IMG/VR virus record: IMGVR_UViG_3300028394_000034
Source of the DNA: a virus
Direction: 5' to 3' (one strand)
Length of the DNA: 64,000 nt
A program made the translations under genes and the position numbers. The notes beneath the pieces are model-generated. The model worked only from the letters and a program-made list of their open reading frames with translations. It was not told the DNA's origin and did no database searches. Of this stretch, positions 1-9,941 are shown one piece after another. How positions within the stretch are numbered: position 1 is the stretch's first letter; each line of letters starts with the position of its first letter.

Positions 1-360
1 GAAGCTCAACCCCTGCTCATTGCAGATTGCTAAGTTGCTTTTAATATCTTCCCTTAATTTATCATATTTACGATTGACTATATATTTAGAAGGAATAACA
101 AGATCAATAGTGTTTGCCCCAGCTTTTATCGCTTGTGACACCATCAGATTACGACTCTTTAGATCAGACATTCCACATGGGAAGTCAACCGGACAAGAGA
201 ATGAGAGAGTAGATAAATCAGGAAAAAGGTTTTTGATTAGAGGAAGATTGTTAGAATATGTAGCTATATTTTTAATTCCAAATTTAACAGCTGTTGTTAC
301 ATTTGTTTTGATTTGTTCATCAGATAGAGTATAGTCATAGCAAGCATATTCTATATACAT
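1..360 (-). CDS. Deoxyribose-phosphate aldolase (DeoC/DERA)-like protein, running off the window edge
   Basis: Not in the ORF track. ATG at 360 abuts the clpP stop and the frame is open to position 1: MYIEYACYDY...PVDFPCGMSDLKSRNLMVSQAIKAGANTIDLVIP, which resembles the DERA VIGFPLG...AIxxGAxEIDMVI motif. The Schiff-base Lys would lie outside the window. Confidence 0.6.
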   Translation of the reverse strand, partial: MYIEYACYDYTLSDEQIKTNVTTAVKFGIKNIATYSNNLPLIKNLFPDLSTLSFSCPVDFPCGMSDLKSRNLMVSQAIKAGANTIDLVIPSKYIVNRKYDKLREDIKSNLAICNEQGLSF

Positions 361-1038
361 TTATTTTCTTTTTATATGTGTTTTTAAATAGTCTATATTT
401 GGAAATTTTTTGCTACCAAGTACGCCATCTGCAAAACCATATTCTACCGCTTCTTCTGCTGTTAATATCCAATCGCACTTATTGGCTAATTGAGAAACAA
501 TGTGTTTTCTGGCCATCATTCTTTTCCAATTTTTTTGCTTATATATGCTACTATTTATACACCTATCAGTAAATATCTCAACCATCTTATCGCACTCTTC
601 TTCATTCCATTTTATTGAACTAGCGGCAGCTTTTGAGTGTTCTCCATCAAGACTAAAAGAGCCATAATGAATCAAAACATTAGTGTTGGGCATCAATACT
701 CTTAAATGACCAGCTTGCAATAAAACACTACTTGAAGATTCTGCTTTTGCATAAGCCAGAATAATAATTTGTGCTTTAGAATGTCTGATAGCGTCGTACA
801 TACCTAGACAATCTTGCCATTCTCCTCCTGGCAAATGCATGTGTACTAGTATAGGCTCTAGAGATAATAGATTAAGATATCTTAGATTTTTTTCAAAAGT
901 AACAGAACACCTATAATCAACCCCAGGCTCTTGATCTGAATCACTAAAATAAGAATGTAAATAGATTTCTCTGTTTTGAACATCTATATTATTAGAATGT
1001 ATATTTGCTAAGTCTGGATCGTGATTATTGATTACCAT
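361..1038 (-). CDS. clpP: ATP-dependent Clp protease proteolytic subunit
   Basis: HLPGG (cf. NSPGG), AESSSSVLLQAG with the nucleophile Ser, VLIHYG His, and DWILTAEEAVEYGFADGV C-terminal motif. Confidence 0.85.
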   Translation of the reverse strand: MVINNHDPDLANIHSNNIDVQNREIYLHSYFSDSDQEPGVDYRCSVTFEKNLRYLNLLSLEPILVHMHLPGGEWQDCLGMYDAIRHSKAQIIILAYAKAESSSSVLLQAGHLRVLMPNTNVLIHYGSFSLDGEHSKAAASSIKWNEEECDKMVEIFTDRCINSSIYKQKNWKRMMARKHIVSQLANKCDWILTAEEAVEYGFADGVLGSKKFPNIDYLKTHIKRK

Positions 1039-1042
1039 ATAT

Positions 1043-1486
1043 TTATCTCAAATATTCATAAACATTATTGTTTATATGTCTCATTACTTTAGAATCATCA
1101 AAAGCTTTTCCTATAGCCACTCTAAAACGATATCTAGTATAAATATCTAGACACTCTACTCCTTCGGTATCTTCAATTAAAGAAGCAACCTTCTTTGTAA
1201 TATTAAAGTTAGTATGACCGACCCAAAAATTGAAAATTTTCCCACTAGCTGTATTCTCAGTTATAGGAATAATCCCCATTGGAGTTGACATAACTTTTAT
1301 ATTCTTTGTTTTTTTGTTAAAAAGTTCATCTTTTAATATAGATTCTACTTTTTCACTTATAGAAGAATCTCCTTCTTCAAGAAACTCTTCTTCATCTTCA
1401 TATACAGGAGCTACCTCTATCATTTCGTCTTCTCCAAATGGATCAACCCACTTCTGCCAAATAATTGTATTTTCTGTGTAACTCAT
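1043..1486 (-). CDS. Hypothetical phage protein
   Basis: 147-aa ORF tightly packed upstream of clpP. Confidence 0.7.
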   Translation of the reverse strand: MSYTENTIIWQKWVDPFGEDEMIEVAPVYEDEEEFLEEGDSSISEKVESILKDELFNKKTKNIKVMSTPMGIIPITENTASGKIFNFWVGHTNFNITKKVASLIEDTEGVECLDIYTRYRFRVAIGKAFDDSKVMRHINNNVYEYLR

Positions 1487-1557
1487 AGTAGATATTTTTT
1501 GTTAGAAGTATAGGCAGAAACACCCACTTATAATAATACAATCAGTCTCTATTGCAA

Positions 1558-2022
1558 TCAGACTGTTCTAAAGACAGAAGTCGGCCTAACCATAGGTTGA
1601 TCATATTTCTCTTTAAGAGCTTTTGTCTTTTTATATTCTGTACTTAACATAGTATAAAAAACCAAAAAATTCTCTAAAAATAAATGATCGTTAGGGTCGT
1701 CAGAAACTTTAACATTTTTCTTAAGAATTTTCATAATATCATCTTTAGCATATCCCTCGTTAATGAATAACAAAAATTCAGAATATTTCTCTGCAATAAG
1801 AGTTATTTGTTCGACAGGTTTTGTAGAGATATCAGGCAAAGAACAGCTAATATCTATCTCTCCATCCAGAGTTACTTTAAAAGAAAGACCTCCAATATAT
1901 TCTTCTTCTAAAGAATTTTCAATATTATTTTTTAAATCCAAAGGAGTCTCCTTAGATTTTGGTTTTAAAAATAGATTTTTGATATAACTATAAACTTTTA
2001 AGATATTATGCATAAGTTTCAT
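1558..2022 (-). CDS. Hypothetical protein
   Basis: 154-aa ORF overlapping the end of the sigma-like gene. Confidence 0.65.
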   Translation of the reverse strand: MKLMHNILKVYSYIKNLFLKPKSKETPLDLKNNIENSLEEEYIGGLSFKVTLDGEIDISCSLPDISTKPVEQITLIAEKYSEFLLFINEGYAKDDIMKILKKNVKVSDDPNDHLFLENFLVFYTMLSTEYKKTKALKEKYDQPMVRPTSVFRTV

Positions 2023-2596
2023 CGCAAGCTCTTATTAGTTCCAGTCCACGTTTGATATTCTGTCTTACTGCTTCCCTAGAGACTCCAAACTTATCTCCTA
2101 TTGATGAAAGAGTTTCGTCATCAAAATAATACATCTCTATTTGTTGTTTCTGTTTATCGCTTAGAATATTATTATTCAGAAGTTCTTTGATATTAATCGA
2201 AAGATCTTTCTTATATTCATTGTCTATTAGAATATCTAATGGATTTTGAGCTTTAAGATCAGGTAATAGAGCGTCCAACTTCTGATCATTATCATTATCT
2301 TGATCTATGCTATAGTTTTTTCTCTGCTTATATTTGGTAGTAACATAAGTCTTTATAGCCCAAATAGCACACTGATTACGATAAGAATAAAGTGTTTTCT
2401 GTAAACCGGTTTTACCCTTTCTATTCTCATCAAATCTCCAATCGGCATACATCAAAGCCGTGGCAACATCTGAGATTGCTTCTTCATTTTTTAACATCTC
2501 TGTAGAAAGACCATTGTAAAATTTTGGTCCAAATTTAGAGATGGTTTTTTTAGCTAGAGATATATATGTAGACAATGAATCAAAACTTTTTTCCAT
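2006..2596 (-). CDS. RNA polymerase sigma-factor-like protein (region 4 HTH)
   Basis: C-terminal LSDKQKQQIEMYYFDDETLSSIGDKFGVSREAVRQNIKRGL is a typical sigma70 region 4 HTH. The N-terminal part has region-2-like helices. Confidence 0.7.
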   Translation of the reverse strand: MEKSFDSLSTYISLAKKTISKFGPKFYNGLSTEMLKNEEAISDVATALMYADWRFDENRKGKTGLQKTLYSYRNQCAIWAIKTYVTTKYKQRKNYSIDQDNDNDQKLDALLPDLKAQNPLDILIDNEYKKDLSINIKELLNNNILSDKQKQQIEMYYFDDETLSSIGDKFGVSREAVRQNIKRGLELIRACDETYA

Positions 2597-2638
2597 TTTA
2601 GTTCCTTAGAGTTTCCTTTTAATTATTAAATACCAATA

Positions 2639-3166
2639 TTACTTCTTATCGTCCTTAGTCAACTTATTCCATGTATCAGGATCTGGTCTATCTTTATCTC
2701 CGGGTTTTGCTGGTCTATATTTCTTACCTTCTTTTTCTTTCTTCTTACGAATATTATCCCACAAACCCGGTCTAGAACCAGCATCTATACTATCGTCAAC
2801 CTTCTTAGAGAACATGAGGAAATCATGGATAGTCCTCACATAGTCCTCAGTTATGGCGATTTTACCTTGAAGCCAGGATTCTGTCAAGTTATCTTTTACT
2901 GACATGTTGTTATTATCAACAGCACTTAAAATAGCATTAACATGAGCGCTAATAGCTTCTAAAGAAGATAAAGACATACCATAAAGTTCTTGTATAGTTT
3001 GTTCATTTTCTACAACAGAAGAATCTTCTTCATTATCGAGAGGATCTTTAGATGGAGATACTACTAAATCAAAAACATCATCAGCATTAGTCTGATTATT
3101 AATTACTATTTTTTGTTCCGATATTGATTGCTCTATGTCTGTTAATAATCTATGAAAGTTATTCAT
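2639..3166 (-). CDS. Hypothetical protein with basic C-terminal micro-domain (GLWDNIRKKK...KPGDKDRP)
   Basis: ORF track; the C-terminal motif resembles short basic domains of large myophage proteins. Confidence 0.65.
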   Translation of the reverse strand: MNNFHRLLTDIEQSISEQKIVINNQTNADDVFDLVVSPSKDPLDNEEDSSVVENEQTIQELYGMSLSSLEAISAHVNAILSAVDNNNMSVKDNLTESWLQGKIAITEDYVRTIHDFLMFSKKVDDSIDAGSRPGLWDNIRKKKEKEGKKYRPAKPGDKDRPDPDTWNKLTKDDKK

Positions 3167-3180
3167 TGTTAATCTTGCCT

Positions 3181-3756
3181 TTATGCTTGAATTGATAGGA
3201 AGTTATCTAGACCCATTTCTTCGATAATCTTAAGAAATCCTGTATATAGAACAATACCGTCTTCACTACCTTGTAGTAGAGGAATCATAACATTTGCTGT
3301 CATTTCATCTCCTACTGCTCTGGCAGCGGATATTGTTGCTCTTTCTGCTCTAGCTGCTTCTTGAACAGAATCTAGATTATATTGGATCATGGCAACCATA
3401 TCATGTCGTTTCCATACTGGGGGCTGTACTACCAAAGGCTGATAATCTGCATCAAAAAATTCTAGTCTTGTTAAGTTAATCATAGCATGCTCATGTTCTT
3501 GTAAAGCATCTGCTTTAATTACTGCTGCTAGTTTTGAATAACCCCATCTTGCAAGATGAACAGCTTGTCCAGACAATACTGTGGTTTGCTGCCAATGAAT
3601 ATTCAAAGATTTCTTTAATAGTTCTACTACATTGTCGTTCTCTGCTTGTGTTTGATCTGAAGTATTCTCTTCCACAGTTGTTTCCTTTTTTTCTTGTTCT
3701 GGGCTTTGTTCTTGTGATGAAAGTAATTCTGAAATAGTACGATAGTCTTTTGACAT
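3181..3756 (-). CDS. Bacterioferritin/ferritin-like four-helix-bundle protein
   Basis: WGYSKLA...QEHEHA...RLEF and D-x-x-T-A helix pattern align by eye with Bfr; several ferroxidase ligands appear substituted. Confidence 0.7.
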   Translation of the reverse strand: MSKDYRTISELLSSQEQSPEQEKKETTVEENTSDQTQAENDNVVELLKKSLNIHWQQTTVLSGQAVHLARWGYSKLAAVIKADALQEHEHAMINLTRLEFFDADYQPLVVQPPVWKRHDMVAMIQYNLDSVQEAARAERATISAARAVGDEMTANVMIPLLQGSEDGIVLYTGFLKIIEEMGLDNFLSIQA

Positions 3757-3766
3757 AATAAATTCC

Positions 3767-4309
3767 TTATGTTAGATCTGAAACATTGGTTTTTGACCAC
3801 ATTTTGCAAGACCAGTAGTTGGCTTTCCATTTTGGTCCAGGATTGTCGCAGTTATGTCTTGCTCTGTAAGATTTTCTTCTTTCTGGATCGTCTCTTTTGA
3901 TTTCCATATTTGGATCACCAAAATTAACTTTAACTACATTTCCTTTATCATTTTTCACATATACTGTGAACTTTTTTGGACCTCCAGGAGTTCTAGATGG
4001 TTTATTCAGAGTAACTTTTTGTTTTTTCTTTTCTGCTGCTGTTATTAGAGGCATACCATCTTCATCATAGATATCATCTATATCAATGTCTCTAGTAAAT
4101 TCATCCCACTCATCATCCCATATTGCTACGGAAGCAAAGACTTGATCATCTATTTCTTGTAATAAAGAGCTAGATTTTTTGGTTTGTCCTAGACAAACTG
4201 CTACCCTTTGCTTGGTGTCTGTATAGTCTTTTTTCATTGTAGGATTACTCATACAACGAGAAACAAACTTCTCATTATTTTCATTATCATTTGGTTGTGG
4301 AATAGGCAT
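3767..4309 (-). CDS. Conserved phage hypothetical protein
   Basis: N-terminal PIPQP...FVSRCM...QRVAVC motif and C-terminal KVNFGDPNM...RARHNC...ANYWSC motif, both familiar from large phages. Confidence 0.7.
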   Translation of the reverse strand: MPIPQPNDNENNEKFVSRCMSNPTMKKDYTDTKQRVAVCLGQTKKSSSLLQEIDDQVFASVAIWDDEWDEFTRDIDIDDIYDEDGMPLITAAEKKKQKVTLNKPSRTPGGPKKFTVYVKNDKGNVVKVNFGDPNMEIKRDDPERRKSYRARHNCDNPGPKWKANYWSCKMWSKTNVSDLT

Positions 4310-4322
4310 AATTAAAACTCCT

Positions 4323-5378
4323 TTAACTTGATATACACCTAGAAATTATACTGGCTGAATTCTTCCATGATAATTTTTCAGCCGTTTTTATTCCATTAAT
4401 ATTTGTTATAATTCTATTATTATAAACATGTCTCATATATTCTATAGTTTGATCTATTTGTTTTTGGTCTATTTTTGCCCATCTTCCTTGTTTTTGAAAA
4501 GCCTTACCATCAAAAGCAAGCTCGGTATTATTTATTTCTACCAAGAAGGAATTTTCAGAATTACAATATTCTGTATGAGCAGAATAGTTTGTAGCTATAA
4601 CTGGCTTATTCATACTCATACTTTCTAAGAGTTCAAGATTCCAGCCTTCTGCTCTACTGATATATAGCCCACAATCACTATTAGCAATCAGTTGTGCTAC
4701 TTCATTCTTAGATTTGAGACCAGGAATAACTTTAATATTATCTGCTTTATAGAATTCTTTCCACTTAGCAATTTCTTCTTCACTAGAATATTGATGTTCA
4801 GCAGCTAAAATCCAAAGTTCTACTTCTTCATTATTAGCAAAAGCTTTTTTAAAGACAGAGGGTAGTAAATCATGAGCTTTTCTAATTTCCCATTTCCCTA
4901 TTGTGAGAAAAACATATTTATTATCAGTTCTTGTTCTTAATATATTCTCATTAAAAATTTCTCTATTAACTCCCAATGGAACTATAGATACTGGAGTTTT
5001 AACTCCATTATTTTCTATAACTTCTTTAGCCCAATTACAAGAAGCAAAAATTCCGTCTGGAATAGACAAATGTGTTTTTTCTCTTTCGCTAAAATTATCT
5101 AATTCAAAAAAGGGATAAGCATAATATTTCCCTCTACCGACATGATCAGCCAAATCAAACTGATGCCATATTTTAATATACGGAGCATAAATATCCCAAG
5201 TATTTTGATTTTGTATCATCTGCATTAAAATATCATAATCTTCTCTACTATCTACAGAGGGGGTTCCTATAGGAAAATAAGTTAAATTATGATTTAGAGA
5301 ATGTAGAGCTTTTAGGATATTGTATCCTGCAACTCCGTATCCTGTTTGGTTCAATGGTGCTGCGTAGTTTATATTCAT
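4323..5378 (-). CDS. Glycosyltransferase, GT-B fold (GT4-like)
   Basis: FLTIGKWEIRKAHD, ISRAEGWNLELLESMSMNKPVIATNYSAHTEY (E-x7-E motif). Confidence 0.85.
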   Translation of the reverse strand: MNINYAAPLNQTGYGVAGYNILKALHSLNHNLTYFPIGTPSVDSREDYDILMQMIQNQNTWDIYAPYIKIWHQFDLADHVGRGKYYAYPFFELDNFSEREKTHLSIPDGIFASCNWAKEVIENNGVKTPVSIVPLGVNREIFNENILRTRTDNKYVFLTIGKWEIRKAHDLLPSVFKKAFANNEEVELWILAAEHQYSSEEEIAKWKEFYKADNIKVIPGLKSKNEVAQLIANSDCGLYISRAEGWNLELLESMSMNKPVIATNYSAHTEYCNSENSFLVEINNTELAFDGKAFQKQGRWAKIDQKQIDQTIEYMRHVYNNRIITNINGIKTAEKLSWKNSASIISRCISS

Positions 5379-6502
5379 TTATCGTATGTTTTTGTATGAG
5401 TATTGTTGACCATTATGAAAGTAGTTTTTTTACCAAAGTCTTTCATTCTTGACGCTCCAATATATGTACAAGCACTTCTTAATCCTCCAAATATATCTAA
5501 TAAAACATCTTGTACTGGGCCTTTGTATGGGACGGTTACACATCTTCCTTCACTAGTTCTATAGTTAGCAACCCCATTACTATGTTTTTCCATGGCTTCT
5601 TTACTGCTCATCCCATAGAATTTAAGTTTAGTTTTTCTTTTTTCTGTTTCATATCCAGGATTAAATGGTTGCCAAAATTCAGATGTTAAACCAGCTCTTT
5701 TAGATTTAAATTCATACTCCCATTCTCCTTCACATTCTTCACATCCTGCAAAGAAATTTCCACACATTACAAAGTCAGCATTACTACCAAACACTTTACA
5801 TATATCTCCAACATGCTTGCATCCGCCGTCTCCACAAATATGTCCACCAAGACCGTGAGCAGCATCAGAACATTCCAAACAGGCTGATATCTGTGCGTAT
5901 CCTACGCCCGTTTTTAATCGTGTAGTACAAACAGACCCCGGACCTATACCAACCTTAACTATATCTACTTTTCCGTGAAGGATGAGTTCTTCTACCATTT
6001 CTGGAGTAACAACATTACCGGCCATTATTACTATTTCTTCGTATAGTTTTCGTATATGAGATACTGTCTTTACAAACTTTTCGCTATATCCATTAGCAAC
6101 ATCAACACAAATATTTGGTAATGAACATCCTCTTGTTTTTATGGCGTTAAAAACATATGTTAGTTTTTCTATATCAGAAGAAGATGTTCCGGTAGAATAA
6201 AATGTAAGGTCTTTATTGTCATTACTCTGCTCACAATAGTATTCTATGAGCTGGTCAGGCTTGTAGTGCTTATGTAGTGCTACCATAGCTTGTTGCTTAC
6301 AAACAGTATTGGCCATATCAAAAGTTCCTGTAGTATCCATATTCGCTACAATAACAGGAATAGCAGAAAATTTACGTGGAGAATTCTTGAAATGAAAGTC
6401 CCTGACTAAACAAACCTCAGATCTACTGGATAATATTGATCGTTTAGGTCTGATTAATACGTCGTCAAAATCTAGTTTTATTTCGTTTATGATTTTTTGC
6501 AT
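5375..6502 (-). CDS. guaC: GMP reductase
   Basis: [41 protein letters not shown] catalytic Cys, FYGMSS...YRTSEGR. Confidence 0.92.
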   Translation of the reverse strand: MQKIINEIKLDFDDVLIRPKRSILSSRSEVCLVRDFHFKNSPRKFSAIPVIVANMDTTGTFDMANTVCKQQAMVALHKHYKPDQLIEYYCEQSNDNKDLTFYSTGTSSSDIEKLTYVFNAIKTRGCSLPNICVDVANGYSEKFVKTVSHIRKLYEEIVIMAGNVVTPEMVEELILHGKVDIVKVGIGPGSVCTTRLKTGVGYAQISACLECSDAAHGLGGHICGDGGCKHVGDICKVFGSNADFVMCGNFFAGCEECEGEWEYEFKSKRAGLTSEFWQPFNPGYETEKRKTKLKFYGMSSKEAMEKHSNGVANYRTSEGRCVTVPYKGPVQDVLLDIFGGLRSACTYIGASRMKDFGKKTTFIMVNNTHTKTYDK

Positions 6503-6705
6503 TATATTTCCTTTATATACTTGTCTGTATCATAGCATGTCCATTTATGAAAATCATCAAATCCATTCTCAGAAATACATATTTTAAGTCCTGTCATGAC
6601 CCCTTTTCCTTCATAATGCTTAAGAGTTGCTAAAATAGCAGTTATATGATCTTTTGAATCTATAATAAATTTGATTTGACCAGACTTAACATAGTATTTT
6701 GGCAT
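6502..6705 (-). CDS. Hypothetical protein
   Basis: 67-aa ORF coupled to guaC. Confidence 0.6.
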   Translation of the reverse strand: MPKYYVKSGQIKFIIDSKDHITAILATLKHYEGKGVMTGLKICISENGFDDFHKWTCYDTDKYIKEI

Positions 6706-6712
6706 TGTTAGC

Positions 6713-7243
6713 CTATGTAGAAAAAAAATACCAGCGTCTATGAGTATCTATATTTTCTGATGAATCTATATGTATAAGATATGCTTTAATCTCATCCCAT
6801 GTAGAAAAAATCATTTGGTGAGGAATAGTGCCAAATAACCAGTCGGGAGAATGCTTCTTGCCTTGCTCCATGTGAATAATAATTGGTTTTTTTTGCCTAT
6901 TAGCCCAAAAGATCTCTTCATATGTTCCACAAGGATGAATATCTAAATTCATATTAACAACTAAAAAATCACTAATATCAACTAGCCTAAGATCAACGGC
7001 TCGTATTGTTTTCATCATGGATGCTAATTCATCATAATTTTCTTTATCTTTGAGTTTAGTTTTGATAGTATGAACATCCTTATCTTCTAAACCAATATTA
7101 GATGGTTTACTTATAGGATTAAATACTTCTATTCCTAAATCTTGTAGAAATGGAGTTATATTATCTCTCCAAGTAGCTCCTCTATCTGGAACTCTATCCA
7201 TTGCCCCGGCCAAATATACTCTTTGATTTTTAAGTCTATTCAT
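6713..7243 (-). CDS. Nucleoside 2-deoxyribosyltransferase-like protein
   Basis: RVYLAGAM, VFNP, DLRLVDISDFLVV, GTYEEIFWA: the NDT/Rcl-fold motif set. Confidence 0.75.
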   Translation of the reverse strand: MNRLKNQRVYLAGAMDRVPDRGATWRDNITPFLQDLGIEVFNPISKPSNIGLEDKDVHTIKTKLKDKENYDELASMMKTIRAVDLRLVDISDFLVVNMNLDIHPCGTYEEIFWANRQKKPIIIHMEQGKKHSPDWLFGTIPHQMIFSTWDEIKAYLIHIDSSENIDTHRRWYFFST

Positions 7244-7248
7244 TGATA

Positions 7249-7392
7249 TTAGTCTAGAAAGAGAAAAGATAATAAACCCTTAGACTGCTTAACTCCTAGA
7301 GAGGGATTGATAGCAACCAAAAACATCATAGCTATTCCATGGAAACAGCCTAGAACTAATGCCAAAGTAAATAATACTCCTAATGCAGTCAT
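7249..7392 (-). CDS. Small membrane protein (47 aa)
   Basis: Not in track. GGAGA RBS, then MTALGVLFTLALVLGCFHGIAMMFLVAINPSLGVKQSKGLLSFLFLD; it fills the gap between two genes. Confidence 0.55.
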   Translation of the reverse strand: MTALGVLFTLALVLGCFHGIAMMFLVAINPSLGVKQSKGLLSFLFLD

Positions 7393-7404
7393 TGTTTCTC
7401 CAAA

Positions 7405-8130
7405 TTATTTAATATACTTGCTTCTCATGCTATATACTTCTCTAATCATTTCCTGCAAAGTCTCAGGATTTGACGATCTACCTGTTGGGTTTTCGTAATA
7501 CAGGCCGACAGGATGATTCACCATTTGTATTCTAGCTCCTCCGACGCATGAACGCAACCATAAATCTGCATCGGATGCTGTTTTATAAAATTCGTCAAAG
7601 TATCCAAACCTATCGTGAATACTAGCCTTCCATAAAGGCATACAGTGTGGAGAATTGTTTCTTATCAGGTTTTCAAATGAATGAGGTAGACATGGGTATA
7701 TTTCTTGATAATCATTGTCTCTATAATTTTCATTAGCTATGCGGGAAACATATGTAAGACCATAAACAATATCCACTTCTGGATCTCTTTCAAAAGCTTT
7801 TAGTAATATTTCAAAACTATTTATTGATTTTTTATCATCAATATTCCAATTTCCTATAATTGGAGAAGTACACAACTTTACTGCCTCATTCCATCCAGCA
7901 TATAATCCTGGGTCTTTATTTAGTTTGAAATATTTAATGTTTTCAAATTTTTCTGTTAATGGAAGAATGTACTCTTTTTCATTTTCTGGAGAAGCACAAT
8001 CTAGAAAGATAAATTCTATCTTATTAAAAAGATTTTGTTCTAAAACATTGTCTAGATATGATTGAATAAATTTTTGCCCTTTAAAAAAAGAACAAAAAGA
8101 AGAGCATTTATATTTAGTATGTAATGTCAT
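7405..8130 (-). CDS. Glycosyltransferase family 2 (GT-A)
   Basis: FIFLDCAS, DPGLYAGWNEAV, NIDD, FDEFY...SDADLWLR. Confidence 0.85.
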   Translation of the reverse strand: MTLHTKYKCSSFCSFFKGQKFIQSYLDNVLEQNLFNKIEFIFLDCASPENEKEYILPLTEKFENIKYFKLNKDPGLYAGWNEAVKLCTSPIIGNWNIDDKKSINSFEILLKAFERDPEVDIVYGLTYVSRIANENYRDNDYQEIYPCLPHSFENLIRNNSPHCMPLWKASIHDRFGYFDEFYKTASDADLWLRSCVGGARIQMVNHPVGLYYENPTGRSSNPETLQEMIREVYSMRSKYIK

Positions 8131-8719
8131 AATGTTTATCTATGATAAGTATATAGTCATTGGCAGTTTTATGCCATTCGTATTTGAAGTCTAAAGTATC
8201 AAGAAATTTAGAAATTTTCTTTTTGGAATAAATATTGTGATGTAATCCAGTTTTTTCCTCTACACTAATAGTATCAGATTCAGAATCTGTGTCTAAAAGA
8301 AAAAATATACAAACCACGTATTTATCTGATACTCTAATCATCTGATTTAGAGCTTCTATATAATATGGTATATGCTCAAAAACATGTCTACAATAGACTA
8401 AATCAAATTTATAATTACTATATAAGATATTATCTATAGAACCAAGATTAGATTTAATTCCTTTGTTAATTCCAAAATTTACAACCTGAGGAGTAATGTC
8501 AATTGAATAGTAGTCTATTTGTGGAAATTTAGAAAAAAAGACATCATAATCAAAAAAAATTCCTGGACCTATTTCTAGCACAGATTTAATAATTTCTGGC
8601 TTGTCTTTGATAAAACGAAATAAAAATTTTCTACTAGACTTATCAGATGTTGTAAGCCATGTAGCAAATTCACTCCAAGAATATCCGTCATTTAAGTTTT
8701 TTTGCCACCATAACATCAT
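8114..8719 (-). CDS. Class I SAM-dependent methyltransferase
   Basis: VLEIGPG, SIDIT, FDLVYCRHVFEH. Confidence 0.85.
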   Translation of the reverse strand: MMLWWQKNLNDGYSWSEFATWLTTSDKSSRKFLFRFIKDKPEIIKSVLEIGPGIFFDYDVFFSKFPQIDYYSIDITPQVVNFGINKGIKSNLGSIDNILYSNYKFDLVYCRHVFEHIPYYIEALNQMIRVSDKYVVCIFFLLDTDSESDTISVEEKTGLHHNIYSKKKISKFLDTLDFKYEWHKTANDYILIIDKHYDITY

Positions 8720-8720
8720 T

Positions 8721-9299
8721 TTATTTATGCTTAAAGACTATTTTAGGATTACCGCCATCTTCATCCTTTTGACTAAATAAGAAATACCCATATGAGGATA
8801 GGAACTTTTTATGATTGTTTATTTCTTCTTCTAATGAAATATCAATTAGACCAGCATGACATTCAATTTCTATTAAGTTAAATTTTCTCTTAGAAAAGTC
8901 TATCCCTTTTAAAACATTTAATTCATATCCTTCTACATCAAGATAAAATTCTTCAATATTATTAATGTTATTTTCTTCGAGAATAGATTCTAGAGTTCTA
9001 GCCGAAACTTTTTTTTTGTCATTATACAATTGGCTGTTAGACTTGATAAGGGTTGTCATAGCACTATGTAGAAAGTGAGGATGAATTTCTATCGTTGATC
9101 CTACATGATCAAAGTCTACTAAAGCACAGTTGTATATTTTTGTGTTATTTGGTCTATTTTGTAAACATCTTTCATACGAAGATGGTACTGGTTCTACTAA
9201 TATTCCAAAATATTCATTATTATCAATAAGATCTAAAGTTCTAGATTGAAAAATTCCATCATGAGCTCCAGCTTCTATATATATCTTTTTATTATTCAT
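8721..9299 (-). CDS. FkbM-family methyltransferase
   Basis: YIEAGAHDG, GILVEP, YLDVEGYELNVLKG. Confidence 0.85.
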   Translation of the reverse strand: MNNKKIYIEAGAHDGIFQSRTLDLIDNNEYFGILVEPVPSSYERCLQNRPNNTKIYNCALVDFDHVGSTIEIHPHFLHSAMTTLIKSNSQLYNDKKKVSARTLESILEENNINNIEEFYLDVEGYELNVLKGIDFSKRKFNLIEIECHAGLIDISLEEEINNHKKFLSSYGYFLFSQKDEDGGNPKIVFKHK

Positions 9300-9330
9300 A
9301 ATTTCCCTTTTGAATTTTATTGATTAAAAA

Positions 9331-9927
9331 TTATTTAATAACTCTTTCATTCATTATTTCTAATATTTTACATCTCTCTTTTGTTGGAAAGCCGCAAGGA
9401 TGATATACAAAATCTCCAGGCTCCCATAAACATATATATGGAGAATCGCTAGAATTAAATGTACGCTTTGGACATATAGTTAATCGGTCTGAAAGCCTAT
9501 CTCTATGTTTCGTAAACCAATCTTGCATATTAAACATTAGAGATTCCCATTCAGGTTTACTCTCTACAATTTCATTTATGAGTTCATGAGATTGTTTGGT
9601 CGATTTCCATACCATAGAACCACCATTAATGATAGAATGTGGACCAAGTCCTTCTTCGCAAATGCTTACATGGGGTCCAAGTTCAGGTATTTCTTCAATT
9701 TTTTTAGTTAAATCAGTAATTAAGCAATCAGCATCTAGTGTCCATACTAAATCATATTGATCTAGCAAATAATTCAATTTTCCAAATCCGTTAAGTGCCT
9801 GCTCGTATGATTCACAATTAAGAACCATTGAGTAGTTATGTCGAAGACAATACTCTAAACGATTTGATATGGTTGTTTTAATCCATGGAGTATTTTGACT
9901 AGCACTAGTATTTATTGCTATTTTCAT
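9331..9927 (-). CDS. Glycosyltransferase, GMA12/MNN10 (GT34)-like
   Basis: YCLRHNY, VWTLDADCLITD (DxD), INGGSMVWK, GDFVYH. Confidence 0.65.
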   Translation of the reverse strand: MKIAINTSASQNTPWIKTTISNRLEYCLRHNYSMVLNCESYEQALNGFGKLNYLLDQYDLVWTLDADCLITDLTKKIEEIPELGPHVSICEEGLGPHSIINGGSMVWKSTKQSHELINEIVESKPEWESLMFNMQDWFTKHRDRLSDRLTICPKRTFNSSDSPYICLWEPGDFVYHPCGFPTKERCKILEIMNERVIK

Positions 9928-9941
9928 ACGTTTTTCCTTAT

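Noticed and set aside
20-334. Plus-strand 104-aa ORF
   Set aside because: It is the antisense shadow of the DeoC-like minus-strand gene.
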